Source of the DNA: Balanoglossus misakiensis
Lineage: Eukaryota > Animalia > Hemichordata
DNA: 64,000 nt
Assembly (NCBI GenBank): GCA_040954595.2
Contig: CM082597.2
Span: 1,098,886 to 1,162,885, forward strand
Reading direction: 5' to 3'
The notes under the pieces are model-generated. The model was not told the origin of the DNA. It worked only from the letters and a program-made list of their open reading frames with translations, and made no database searches. A program made the position numbers and the translations under genes. This document shows positions 25,901 through 38,461 of the stretch, piece by piece. Position 1 is the first letter of the stretch. Each line of letters opens with the position of its first letter.

Positions 25901-28900
25901 TGCAGCAGAATATGGATTTTTAGCACATGGTGCAAACAAAGAATTAATTATTTATAAAGTAGAGACTCCGTCGTTCTGTTTGAATAGCAGAAACCATTAC
26001 TGGGTCAGACATTTTGAGAATCCATTACAACAACTGAATATCTTTTGTTCAATGTATGCTTCTAACCAGCCAGGAGGAAATGTTTTTAAGTCCATTTATT
26101 CTTGAGTATGGATGCACTTGTCCAAAAACTGTGACACCAGAGATTGGATAGAGGCACCTCAGTCCATGCTCACTCTCTCGAGAGTACATATCTGTCCACA
26201 GACCCTACTATACATGGAAACAATGTTGTTACACCCATTCACAAGTTTTAAACTCAATTAACACAGTGGTGAATGCCTTCATTTTTGGTGTATTGATTGA
26301 ACTAGCTGTTCATGAAAACAATTGACTTAGACCGTGGGTACAGAGTTTAATGGATTGCTACCATTTATCATGGCTTTCCCAAATACTCTGAAACAACTGG
26401 GTCGGGCTCAAGTACATCTGTGACAGCTTTAATAGGTTCAAATTTCACTTGAATTCATTTTACTGTTTTTCGTTCGGTCATACTGCGATTTGTTGCACGT
26501 AATACATTCCTACCTAATCACAATTTGTTACAGTTGTCAGTATAATCAAGAAGGATGATCAACTTCCAATATTTTGGGCCACTCAACACATCTCATGTAA
26601 TACACATACCAGCAAGAACCTAGAAATGGACATATGTTTGCATGTAATTAGAGCCTACATGTAAATGAACTTAATGAACAAATATCCAATGATTCGCAAA
26701 TGTACAAACACTCACAGAAACTCCTTCAAGCATGAACTGGTCACCCTTTGCCCACCACATAAACCGAGAAGCCTTCGGTAAAGTCCATTAAAAGCCTCTC
26801 AATTATGCTTCACTAAATGCTTTGCTGCAGAGTTCAAACCTCTTTCTAGACAGTGATTGAACACTTACATGCTATGGTTTGATGGCCACCATTTAAGACC
26901 AGGTAACAAGTTCCCTTCAATGGAGGGGCAGTTAGTTCATTCGCCCCCGGGGCAGTCTCAGCCTTGCATGATTTAGCAATTGTGGAAACAACCATTTCAG
27001 TATTTTGATTGCATTTATTCTGTTTGTTCAGTGAGTCCATGCCTTCTGGTTAGAGTCACACTTTCCCCTTTTAATGAAACAGAATAACAATAAGGCTATT
27101 TTCAAATTAAAGGTGAGAAAGTCTCTTGTCTGTTATACATCTAATAATTTCTGTGGAGAAAAAAAATATAAAAAAACTGCACTAATCATGCTCACACCTT
27201 TATTGCTATTTGATGAACTTTAGTCTCTATTATGAGATCTGTAAGTTCATGGATTTAGGGACAAGTCTAACTCTTGTTGTGGGAGCTAAATTAATTCTAC
27301 CCCAGCTGTGGTTACACAGATCATGTTGTTTACCTGTCTAAATGAAGTAAACAGTTCCCTTCAGAATTTATTGTTTCAACCTAACAGTTAAAACAAGCAC
27401 ACATTATTGTTTCATTATCGGTGTTTACACTTGCTGTTCCAGTTGCCCTCTCAGACACTGTGCACCCCTAGGATATCTTGATTGTTCAGTTGTAACAAAA
27501 CCTTTTAGAAGAGGTATTCCAAAATAAACACAAACAATACCGGCTGGGATTCCTCAAAATCAGTTTGTCTATGATGATACAAAAGGGGAACCATTATGCA
27601 AAGTGGCCGTCACTTTTGATTGTTGCCGCTTTTGGTCGTTCGCTCGTGGTACGACTGAAAATGAACGGCCAGGAGAGTATAGCCTCCAAGGTCGAATTAG
27701 CGCAGAGGTAAATGTTCAAAGTGGCGCGACATCCTGCCATGGAAGTGGAAGAAAAGCCTGGAGCATGTTTAGATCTGATTATAGTAGTTTAGAATTAAGC
27801 CTCTTGTTTGCAATTTGGCAGCAACTTCTGATTGTCCGGCCGTTCTTGTGTCGGTGTTTGTGGAGTCAAACGTCGAACAATACGGATATGCTAATGCCGG
27901 GTGGAAATCTGTTCTGGATTATACAGACTTGAAGGCCTGATTCATAGATCTTATGTTTATCACTTCACCTTTGTGCTGTCGCTAACAAGCAGAATATTCA
28001 TAAAAATGTGGCAAGTTATGTGCCTATAATGTACATGACACTACACAGTATAACTAGTCTCTTTTCTCCTGCCCATACATGGTTGGTACATGTATGTACC
28101 TGGAGCCATATGTACCAGTAAGACCTTTTTTGACATAGAGAAAGTCAGTTTTGGCAGGTTTTTTGCTTTTCTCAACATCTGTTTCCCTCATCTGTTCACA
28201 CTTTGAAAATGACATACTGGAGGGTCCACTATTGCTGTCCAATTGGCCACATCAGGTCAGTGTGAAACATCATGGATGCTGTCGCTATTCTGAGTTACAA
28301 CATCTACTCTATGCACCTGTTTGGAGAATTGTTGGTTGATGAAGAAATTTAACCGACTGAACAGAAACAACTATGCAAGATCGCTTAACATCAACATGCT
28401 ATAGTCCGGTGGTCACATTGGGTCTACATGTATGTAAGAGTTACTGCAGACCAAACAGAAATCCAACAGACACAATACAGTTAACTATGCCGTGTTTACA
28501 AAGGCTAATACTGACAAAGTCACAGGGGATCTATCAACAATGGCCTTAGCTGTGGCCACTCAAACAAGCTTAGCAGCTGCCACAGATACAAAGGTAAATG
28601 TGTAGCTCTGACTGTGTCATGTGACTGCATGCGACCATACTGCAAATCCCACTGCCTTCTGACGGCCATTTTGGATTGGACACAATCGGTTTCAGCATTC
28701 AACCAAACTGTCTGTTTAAGAGAAAAATACCCTGTACACCAATTTGTGAAAACAACACAACACCAAGGAATGTTATGCAGCAAATTCATAGCGACAGCTG
28801 ATACACCTGTTGGAATTTCTAAATATAGCGATTGAAGAAAAAAGCAATCATCATCTACCATGACAAAGTGGCCATTTTGATATGCCCTGATGGAAACAGT

Positions 28901-28930
28901 GATGCAGGCCAATGAGTTTCATCTTCTAAG

Positions 28931-29021
28931 CTAACCCTTTCACCCCCAGTTCCCTCTTTAGAGGTCCAAACTTTCCATAGAACAATGCGTTTGGACTGAA
29001 CCATGGTGATGAAAGGGTTAA
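28931..29021. mobile_element. piggyBac-like MITE, about 85 bp, inverted relative to the copy at 51464-51556
   Basis: (C)TAA-CCCTTTCA...TGAAAGGG-TTAA terminal inverted repeat; internal sequence closely matches the reverse complement of 51464-51556. Confidence 0.8.
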
Positions 29022-29380
29022 GATAATGAGAATGGCCAGAGGTGTGCCTGGTAACATTTTTGATCCATTAGTCACGGAGACTGAATCATTTTTAACCACA
29101 AATTTAAATGCACGAAGTTGGTTTGTGGCTGGTCATTACTAGGGGAACCTCACCAACAGGAAAGCAAATCCAATTTGTGATATTCTAACCAAATTTCTGC
29201 ATATAAATGAGAGGAAAAAACTCACGGAATGTGAATGAAAGAATTTAAACCGTGATGAACCTAGTCTGAGGTGTGAGGCCCCCCCCCCATTCTCTATACA
29301 TTGGTTTAACCCAACCATTAAAAAATAATGGGGCTAGACCAAAGTATGGTGCTTAATAGGTAAATCATACGTATACTTAC

Positions 29381-29782
29381 TGTGAACAGACAAAACAACA
29401 CTTTGTGAATCTCCTTCCTGTGAAGCACCTTCTTGGCTGTTCAAAACAAAGTTTGATTTGCAATAATACAATGCTTCATCCGCTAAATCAATATTATAAA
29501 TCAACAAGGAAGGCTGTTTCTTCGGAAGCGTCCATTCCGTGATTCCATACTTTTCCGGCCTCTCGATATGGATTTCTCCGTTCACGATCTGGACCAGAAC
29601 CTCTTCTTCCAGAGATCCGTCCAGACTCACTCGTTCCCATTCTATGTAAGCTGCTATCAACATCATTCCGGAATCAATGACCGGTTCCGTGTATTCGCAC
29701 GGAATTAAAACTTCTCCATCACCAACATTTGCTGTCTGATTGTCTCCCATTATTATTCGAACCGTTAGTCCATCTGGCAGAA
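29381..29782 (-). CDS. Ig gene B exon 2: V-set Ig domain
   Basis: Acceptor TTTTATTTCTGCAG and donor GTAAGT, phase 1-1; VLPDGLTV..GDGEVLIPCEY..IEWER..PSLLIYNIDLADEALYYC..VVLSVH. Confidence 0.92.
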
Positions 29783-31160
29783 CTGCAGAAATAAAAGTGC
29801 ATACAAATTAACATCAAATGAACACAATATTGGTACTTCTGGTCATAATGGTAACAAAAGATTCTTACAATTGGCCAGTATTGGAAAAATTATTGTTCTT
29901 GCATGTCAAATGTTTAATCCTATTCCAACTTGTTACTGATAACCTAGCAACGCAGTATTGCTTCAAAGGTATTCGCATTAGTATGCAAATTTGATACACT
30001 CAAAAGGAGAGACTTCCGAAAGGATTTTTTAAAAGAAAAAAGTGTGCAGACTTAGGTACAGAGCAGTCTTACACATATAACCCAATCTCTGACTATCACA
30101 AGTAAATTGAAACTTTGCCTTCTTGCAGAAGTTTTTTATTACATTTTATTTTCTCGTAAATTTTTACAAGAGACTGGGGAAAGCTAAAAAAGAGACACCT
30201 GGTTGAACGAAACCATGCATATTGTCCTGGACAAGAACTTCTTGAGTGGTAGCCATTACTAGAAGTACCTTACAATCTGCCCTGTATCTATATGTACATG
30301 TACTTTCCAGACAATCCAATCACACAAAACAGAAGGCAAACATTTATATTGTTGAAATATTAAACCCTCAAAGTGATAATATGGTTTGCGGTCACTCTTA
30401 TGAATGTAATGACTGGAGGTCAACGGTCAATTTGATTCTCCCATGGCAACCAAATATTGTGGCCAGGATGATACAGAATATAAATGGAACTATAGGTACA
30501 GGTAATTACAAACAGAATTGCAACAACTTATTTCTAAGAGCAAGGCCATCTAGAGAAAAATGTCCCACTCTATCTGTCAGCATGTTGTCTGAAAGGCTCA
30601 CGAGAGACTCTTACAGCTGAAATCTTTTAAGACGCCTGAAATTATGAGAGGTGGTCAGGAGCCAAGCAGGGAAGCTGGTGTGAGTTACAAGATTTCATTG
30701 TCACGGTAACAAAGACAGCTCGGCTGGTGCAACAGAACCACTGAGAAACTACTTCAGAAGTGCTGTAGCAAAAGCATTCCTCAGCCTTCCAGAGAATGTC
30801 TTACACGACCAATATTGTGTTTCACGCGCACGCACACACGGACGCAAGACAGGCAAACGCTGTAATAACTGTGTCGACTTGACAGCTCGCCTACCAAGAC
30901 ATTGTGTAGCCATGAATCAAGTCCAACAGTTGGTCCTTCAAATGTCTACCAATACATACAATAGTATACCGCAGATGTTCTGTACTTTGATTTACACACA
31001 CACAGGTAGCAACCTCAGACAGAGTCTTTCCGGACTCCAAGCAAGCCTTGATTCACAAAGAGATAAATACATCCCTGGAGTCACATTTAATGACCAGCAA
31101 GGTCACATCAAATCAAACAAATCCAAACCACCGGGCAGATGGAAGCATATCACCTAAGGA

Positions 31161-31236
31161 CTCCCATTTTATAGAGGTCCAACTGTAGCACACAAAACAA
31201 TGGATTTGGGGCAAACCTTGGTGGTGGAAAGGTTAA
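31161..31236. mobile_element. Degenerate partial copy of the piggyBac-like MITE (another fragment at about 42040-42082)
   Basis: TAGAGGTCCAACT...AACAATGGATTTGG...CC.TGGTGGTGGAAAGGTTAA aligns to 28959-29021. Confidence 0.6.
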
Positions 31237-34200
31237 TGAACGAATCTCAAAGGCTACGCTTTTCAAGACTCTTGGTTTTTGAGATGTGTGCTAGTATTTT
31301 GTCCTTGGCAGATGAGCAATTCTGTATTATTTATACATTATGTTTTCCTCTTGAAATAGTTCAAAGCAGCTCCGTATAATCTTGCAGTGAGGATGTCATT
31401 TCCAATCTCTGACTAGTTTTATGTACTCTCAGGGCACATTTGGATTTTGACAAACCAATGTCCGGATTTTTACTGCTAAAGATCCTGGTAATAGGCACTA
31501 TTAACATATTCACGATAACTGGCATTGACAAGTAGGTACCAGAATGTCTCTGTCACAATCAATTTAGATTTGGACATGTCAAGCAACACAAACGTTCACT
31601 CGTGGTTCATGAACAAATTATGGGCTAATTCAAAATGGATCAATGGGTACTTGAAACAAAGAAAAATGCCACATTTTAGAATTTCATCTGTCAGTCAGTC
31701 TGATTGGCTGTGGGGAATAATGAACAGACAAAATCTGACCTCCCATGGTTTGTGGTGAATGGAATTGTGAGAAACAGGACTAGTAAGAAACTGGTCATTT
31801 CAATGATTTGGATGGACAAGTGGTCTCATTTTGATTTCTTTTGTGTCAGCTCACAGCATGTTGCCCCTATCGCCTATCAAAAAGCCTTAATTGCAACCCT
31901 ATTTCTATTATTATTTCAGACCTCTATTCTGTCAGGAACAATGGACTAATCCTGTTGTTTTCCAGTGGATGGGTGATTCTTTTTGCTGAATTTGAGGTGG
32001 TAATGGGGTGAGATCTATCTGATTAAAATTCGATGAAGAAACATGTCTGTCTCGTTGCTTGAATGTAAAATTCAAAGGAAAAGACAAACACATCTTTACC
32101 ACTTGCAAATTCATGTAGCGTAAATTCTCATTAAAGCTTGACCTATCTAACTAAAATTTGGTAAGTGATAATTAAATGAATAATATCATGATTTGATTAT
32201 ACTTGTGAAATTTGCATACACATTCAAACTGTTATCAACTTGAAATAACTGATTATCGTTAGTTCATGAAATGAATTGTGTGGTTCTGCAGATTAGTCAA
32301 AGTGAAACCACCATAATGTGATTGGGTGTACAGCAGAATCTTGCTTGTCAACTGGCCTGACAACATTCGCGATCAGTTCCTATGCAAATTGTTGATCGTG
32401 TCTTTGTTAGGTGGCGAATTCGCATTTTTGACGCCGGTCTGTTAATGGTCATTTCCTGAAAAATGTGTCACTGTTGCATTGGAGAGAAATACCTGTCTGT
32501 CTGGTCTGTTAATCCATGAAATTCTTCAGTCATGACATATGTTAAAATTGTCGTAGAAGTCAGCTGCAACTTCAGGCTATGTTACACAGAAGAAAAATGC
32601 TGAAAAAACAGCAACAAACGTTCTGGTGTGTACAAGGCCATTGACATCACTTGTACACAGACTGTCACATATTGTCTGTCGTCAGTATCTATCTAACAAT
32701 AATGCTGACACACACCTGTGTGATTCACAGCGTCCGTGGTTGTGGGTTCGTGTCTGTGTGTGCTGAACCATGATCACCCAAGTCGAATGATTTATGAGAA
32801 ATCTTTCATCACAACAAATGACGGTATGGAAATATCAAGCGGAGACTGTCAACCTCTTCCTCTGAATAACGACATTGCAATGTCCTTCTTTCTAACATAT
32901 AATTTTGTTTTCAATTGTGGCGATGACAGTATAACTTTTACAAGGGAGTTACAAGATGCTTGTCAACTCATGAGGTTAATGTCTCTTCAGAAATTCCGCA
33001 CGCTGTTTTTCCGCTATGATTTATGGCAATGATTCGACCACACGGTTGAGAATAAGCCCTTAGCGGAATTGAACCAAGTCGTATCTGAGATTGCCTAACC
33101 ACCAATCGGCATGCTAATGGTAAACAATGCGGTCAAAAATATTCGTATCCTTCAAACTTAAAGCTAAACAGCTTCAGGTTGTTTCTGTGTCGGTGATTTC
33201 TGTCTCCTCTCGGCTGCACTTCCTAAAATCAACCGCCAAACATACGAGGACAACAAAGTGGAATTTAATAGAAGAGAAAATAAAATTCTCATGTTACTCT
33301 TTCTTTCAAATGGATGAAGTCCAATACTAACACTGGTCCAGACAAGAACCAATACCGCCACTTGTTTTGATTTCTATCCAATCAAAAGCCAAGAACTTTT
33401 CCTTGACCGCACGATCCTTTAAGAAGATTTGTCCAAAACGGGGAAACCAACACCGAAATTGAGACGTAGGGTTTAATCCGCACCAGGCTTCAACAATGAC
33501 CATGAGAGCAGATACACGAATAAAACTCATGATCTCATGTACACACAAAATCCAGCTTTGTGAACCGGACCAGGACTGAACAAAAGATTTTCAAAACACT
33601 GACTGGTGTTTTCTGACTTTCACTGTTTACTCTGGACAAAAAAGCGACAACGTGGACAAGTTGGATCAGCCGCACACGTTGACAGGAGAGTCAATGTGGT
33701 GTTGTCAAACAATCCACGACCAAAAACCTCTCACGTTTACTAAAAGCTGGTAAAATTGGTCAGATATTTAATTTTGTTGTTGTAAAGATAGTCATGTTTT
33801 TGTGAACTTTTAGCCAGTAGGTGACAAAAATTTAATGCTGAATTCTGGTTTCAAAATCACCAAGTTTGTCAACAGAAATTCTGTTTGTCTAGCTGTAAGT
33901 TAGTCGCTTTCACTGTTGAACCAACAGAGATCCTCTTTTGTGTAAATTCAACGATGTGACAGCCGCCCGACATGTCCATTCACCGCGAAACACGCCATGT
34001 TCAACAAATTTGAAGAATGGAGTCCGGTTTTCACTAAGTCTTTCTTTTTTGTCTTTTCATTCTCAGTGAACCAAAACCGGTGGCATTCTTGCGCCTTTCT
34101 TGATTCAGAACAGTCCACATTCTTTTGAAAGCTGTTCTGTTCTGTTTGGTTTTCTTTTCATTGCGATGGCACTGTTACTTTTCTCTCCCACGAGACAAGC

Positions 34201-37200
34201 TCAACGTTCTCAAATCCATTCTAAATCTCTACAAAGAACACATTTTTTTTCACAACTTTGGAGGACATAGTTTGTCTTCTTTACTATCAACAAATTGTGT
34301 ATTTTCAATTTAAGTTGAATTCTCAATTCTTTTAATTTTATGAAACATGTTCACTATAATCTATATAAGGAATACCTTTGCTTTTTTTATCTTTGGAATA
34401 CGATGTATGTTTTCGGTCTGTCAGTGTCATACTGTACAACAAGAAAAGAACGCGTGGCTCTGATAATATCGGTATCACTCAATGAACATGTTGTAGACAA
34501 ACTACAAGCCGATACGGTTTGCCGTTACAAGTATATACTGATTGACAATCTTGGCAGTATCAACTCTTTCTATCAATAAACAGTTTGAGCACCAAGTAAA
34601 GGCCATGATTGTTATATAAAACTACAGTGCTTATCTTTCCGGGAGATTTCAACATCAATTTATATCAACTTCACGCCCCTCTGCCGTCAACCAGTACTAT
34701 ACTCACAACAGTGACGCTGACAGAAAATAAAATAATCTCTGCTGTGATACCGAGTGAAAAATTGTACTGGAAATATATTCTTTAAAATTTGAACCTGATT
34801 TCATTAGACCTGTGAGGTACCCAGTAAAATACACAATATGGATCCGATACTCTTGTATTAATTGGATTTGAGTTGTTCATAATCATCTATATCACGTACA
34901 GCTTCCAAACATATGCAGAAGGGTCAATGCACATCTGCACATGTCCGGAAACTGAGAATGCCAGCTAAATTAACAATTAGGCTGATTAGATTGAACAATT
35001 ACCAATGCTTGCTTTCATTAGAGCAAAGACAACAGTAAGGGCAAGAAGAGGTGACAGGCCCTAAGGCAAAATAAACATTCACAAAAAAACGAGGTGAGAA
35101 GTTCACACAGAATGTTACTTGTATCAAACACGATATTGCATGAATGTGCTAGCCCTTGCTCAATCTGTATTTAAACTTTTCTTGTCAGATGAAAGCTGCT
35201 CGATGTCATGGGTCAGTTGTACTGATAGAATTAGAATCTCCCATGCAATTGAATTAAAGTAATTGCACTAATTCATTTAATAAAATTAGAGTTGTTACTT
35301 CTCATTTGGGTTAGCGCTTGAGTGGTTTTCCAAACTGTTAATTTAGGAATGAACTCAATCATGATGATGAAGTGTATTGGAGGCCGTCGTGGTTAGACCG
35401 GCCGACCGATGCAACAGTTTATTTCGTGATATTTTTCGTGGTCTCTTGCGTTAATACAGAATAATATGGTGACACTTATAGGGATGATGTAAACAGTTAG
35501 ACTCTCACAATGAATGAAGAGGGCTGATGCTGACACTGGAAACAAAACATCCCTGATTGGGTATTGTTTTCCGGGAGAGATTGTCCCAAATTCATGAATA
35601 GCTATCAAGGGATTAAGCGCCGGAATGAATTCAGGTTGGAACACCTGACATTGTGACAATACGGAACGAAAAAAAGTGGTCTTTGAAGTGGGAACAACGT
35701 GATGTGGGTCTCAACCAGGGGTCTTTGTTACACATTTTTGTTCATTTCAATTCGCCGTGGAATTGAAAAACGAAATTCCATTCTGCGAAGTCAGATTAAG
35801 GAATTAGATTGGCCTGTCAACTTACTGTATGGTCGGTAAAAATTAAAAGAATATACATTTCATTTCTTTGATTGTTTAAGACCAAACTTATATCTGTCTT
35901 TTCATCGTTGTATGTTTGAGAAACTCTCCAATCAACTTTTGGTGAATAACTTTCACTTCCTTCTTGAAATTTGTATTTTTCTCTCACATTCAAAGTTTAA
36001 GTTCTGTTCTTATATTCTGGAAGAAATAAATACAGGGAATTTGGAATGAAAAAAAATGTCTAACTTTTTTCTCTCTCAAAAAGTGTGTCTTTGTCAAAAA
36101 TACTATGGGATCAAATAAAAAGTAAAGTGAACAGGGGAATTCTAAATGAATGTTTTACAAAGAGGATAAAAACTTCACTGGACTGTCAACAGCTTTTATT
36201 GAGAACATACATGGCTATCTTGGTTAAGAAATGTCTCCATGGAGAAAGCAAGAGATTTTCTCCTTAATATTGTTGCAGTCAATCACAGTGGAACTAAACT
36301 TCTAAAGAAACCACGAAGTCTCCCAATCATCTTCCAGCCAGTTAAGTTTAACCGATTACAGCGTCGCTATGGAAACTACACGTTCCTGGGACGCGCCCGC
36401 GCGCAATGGAACCTGTGTCGATTTCACCGTGTCGATTTCACCATGTCCATTTCAACGCGCCAGGTTTGATCAAATAGGCAATTCATTAGGAAGAAATGGT
36501 AACACTTGTTATGAAAATATTTTTTATGTGTCCCGTTTTTTGGTCCGCAAACGTGTGATTTATTTACACAGGTCAGAAGTCCCCAGTTTGCGGGAAAGTC
36601 AAGTGATCTGGCTAAATAAATACACACACAGTCGGCGTTCAGCACACACCGTGGTATATGTTGTGCTACTGATCAATAAAAAGTGCCGGGTGAGAATTTT
36701 AAAGCCTATTTGTAAATGAAGAATCAATTAGGAAGCAAATCCCTCCCCTTCACGATCAAATACCGACATAAACATGTTATTAAATCAAACGATAAAACTT
36801 TTGGGGCGCTTTTCTTAACGGTAAAGCGCAACTTGTAAGTGCTTGATCGGCGAAAGTGTTAGGTTGTTGACGGCGATGTAGGCGTCTCGCCTGGCGCGGT
36901 GATAGAGTATTCGTGTCTCTGAAGTCTACAATGGCTTGAGCCTTGATTACATCGCATTGTGAATGGAAGGCGTTGAAAAGTTGCAATAGAAAGGAAAATG
37001 GCAGCTTGGGGAGTGTGAACGTGTTCGCTAATCAGTCTAGACATTGGGGTTCTAGTTTTGTAGTCAGTAGTGGCAATTCTGTTAAATCATGGACGTAAAA
37101 AGAGACGCGATCAAGTCGACCGAACAGGATAAACACACAGCAGTTCAAACGGTAGCTGGTCTTGCGATCGCCTTTGCTAATGACCACCAGAAGTCGATCG

Positions 37201-37748
37201 ACCAGTACTACTACGACTACCAGATCGGCGTTGTTGACAATCCTGAGGGAGCGACCAACAAACTTTCTAACACTGTTTCCCTAAACCTGGATCGAGTTAG
37301 AGTACTACAGCAATTGTGCAGCGCAGATCGGTACCTCCAGCTGCATCTCAGGTCGTTGATTAGAAAAGCATTAGTAATCAGCCAGCCGTGTGATGTTGGT
37401 TATGACCGGAGGAGTCAAACGTTTACTTGTATTCAGTGATCAGAATTCAATTTACTTTCTCTTCTGAACACAGTCTGAAGTAACTTTCACAAGAGCTGAG
37501 GTTGAACTTAGTTTCGTGAAACAGTTTGATATCGTGTTGGTGTCAGAGAATATATGCCACCGAACACTGCTGACTATGAAAACACTGTAAACACGACTTG
37601 TACCGATGAAAGGTCCAAGTCGATCGTAAAATAACACAACCAACACAAGGACGTTGACTCTAAAACGAAGTCGACATTTTGTAAACAAGACACACGTGCA
37701 GACGACGCATACACATATGACACTACACATTTACAAGTTCAGACTTAC

Positions 37749-37794
37749 CGTTGAGAAGTAAAAGTATGAGTATGAAGGCGTTTGCTGGTCCCAT
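37749..37794 (-). CDS. Ig gene B exon 1: signal peptide (full model 37794-37749, 29782-29381, 22928-22510; about 288 aa)
   Basis: ATC-ATG-G start context, MGPANAFILILLLLN, then phase-1 donor GTAAGT that joins the V exon in frame. Linkage across the 8 kb intron is inferred. Confidence 0.75.
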
Positions 37795-38397
37795 GATCGT
37801 CTATGATCCCCGACGTCCTAACGGGTTACGTCCAAACTAGGTTTTGAGTCCACATCTGTGCCGCTTCAGTTCTGTATGTACACAAAACTCAACTCCAGGT
37901 GGTGCTGTTACTACAACATGCGTGGTTGGCATGTGCTGTTGGTCCATTTGCGTCTTGCGCCGCATAGTGGCCAGATTCATAAATTGTAAACGTGAGAAGA
38001 TGCAAATTTTGACCCACGACCTCGGATTATAATCTAATTACCTATGTAAATGAGGGTCAAGTTACTTTATATTCATATTTGGGGGGAAAAACACGCAAAA
38101 TATTAAATTTTAGCCACATTGTGACTTATAACTACTAGTAAGATAAACGGAGGCGTTATTTTCTGGTTTTGGTGGACTGCAAGACTGAAATCGAGCGAAT
38201 CTCAGAACTACTTTGGGTCTCCCCCGCGGAAGCACACAGTACTTCTGCAGGTGTGCTTGAATGCGGAAGTGAGCGGTATAAAGCTGAATAGTGGGTATGG
38301 AAGCTTGTAATTGATCAACAAAAAGCGATCGTACGGGACCAGTGTATTGTACAGACACTTCCGATGATAAGCACTCGCATCACAACATCATAACTAA
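37795..38397. promoter_or_regulatory. Candidate bidirectional promoter between Ig genes B and C
   Basis: 603 bp between divergent ATGs; CpG-rich; TATAAA on plus at 38277-38282 and on minus at 38071-38066; ETS-type CGGAAGTG at 38264-38271 and its reverse complement CACTTCCG at 38356-38363. Confidence 0.65.
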
Positions 38398-38461
38398 ATG
38401 GAGATCTCAAGGATAACGTGCAATACCCTTTACCGGTGGATCGTCGGTTTGATATTTTCAG
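38398..38461 (+). CDS. Ig gene C (nephrin/sns-like) exon 1: signal peptide
   Basis: ATG-G start, MEISRITCNTLYRWIVGLIFS, phase-1 donor CAG|GTAGGT, in frame with exon 48431 (G-WICSA/QLQV gives a plausible cleavage site). Linkage across 10 kb is inferred. Confidence 0.68.

Noticed and set aside
32627-32659. Perfect 10-bp hairpin TGTGTACAAG..CTTGTACACA
   Set aside because: Too short for a pre-miRNA or MITE, and seen only once.
37089-37439. 116-aa plus-strand ORF inside gene B intron 1
   Set aside because: No recognisable domain or splice context; length is compatible with chance in GC-richer DNA.
38000-38007. Octamer ATGCAAAT in the B/C promoter (also near 11616, 29983 and 32382), as in Ig V promoters
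   Set aside because: A few copies of this AT-rich 8-mer are expected by chance in 64 kb, and spacing to the starts is inconsistent.
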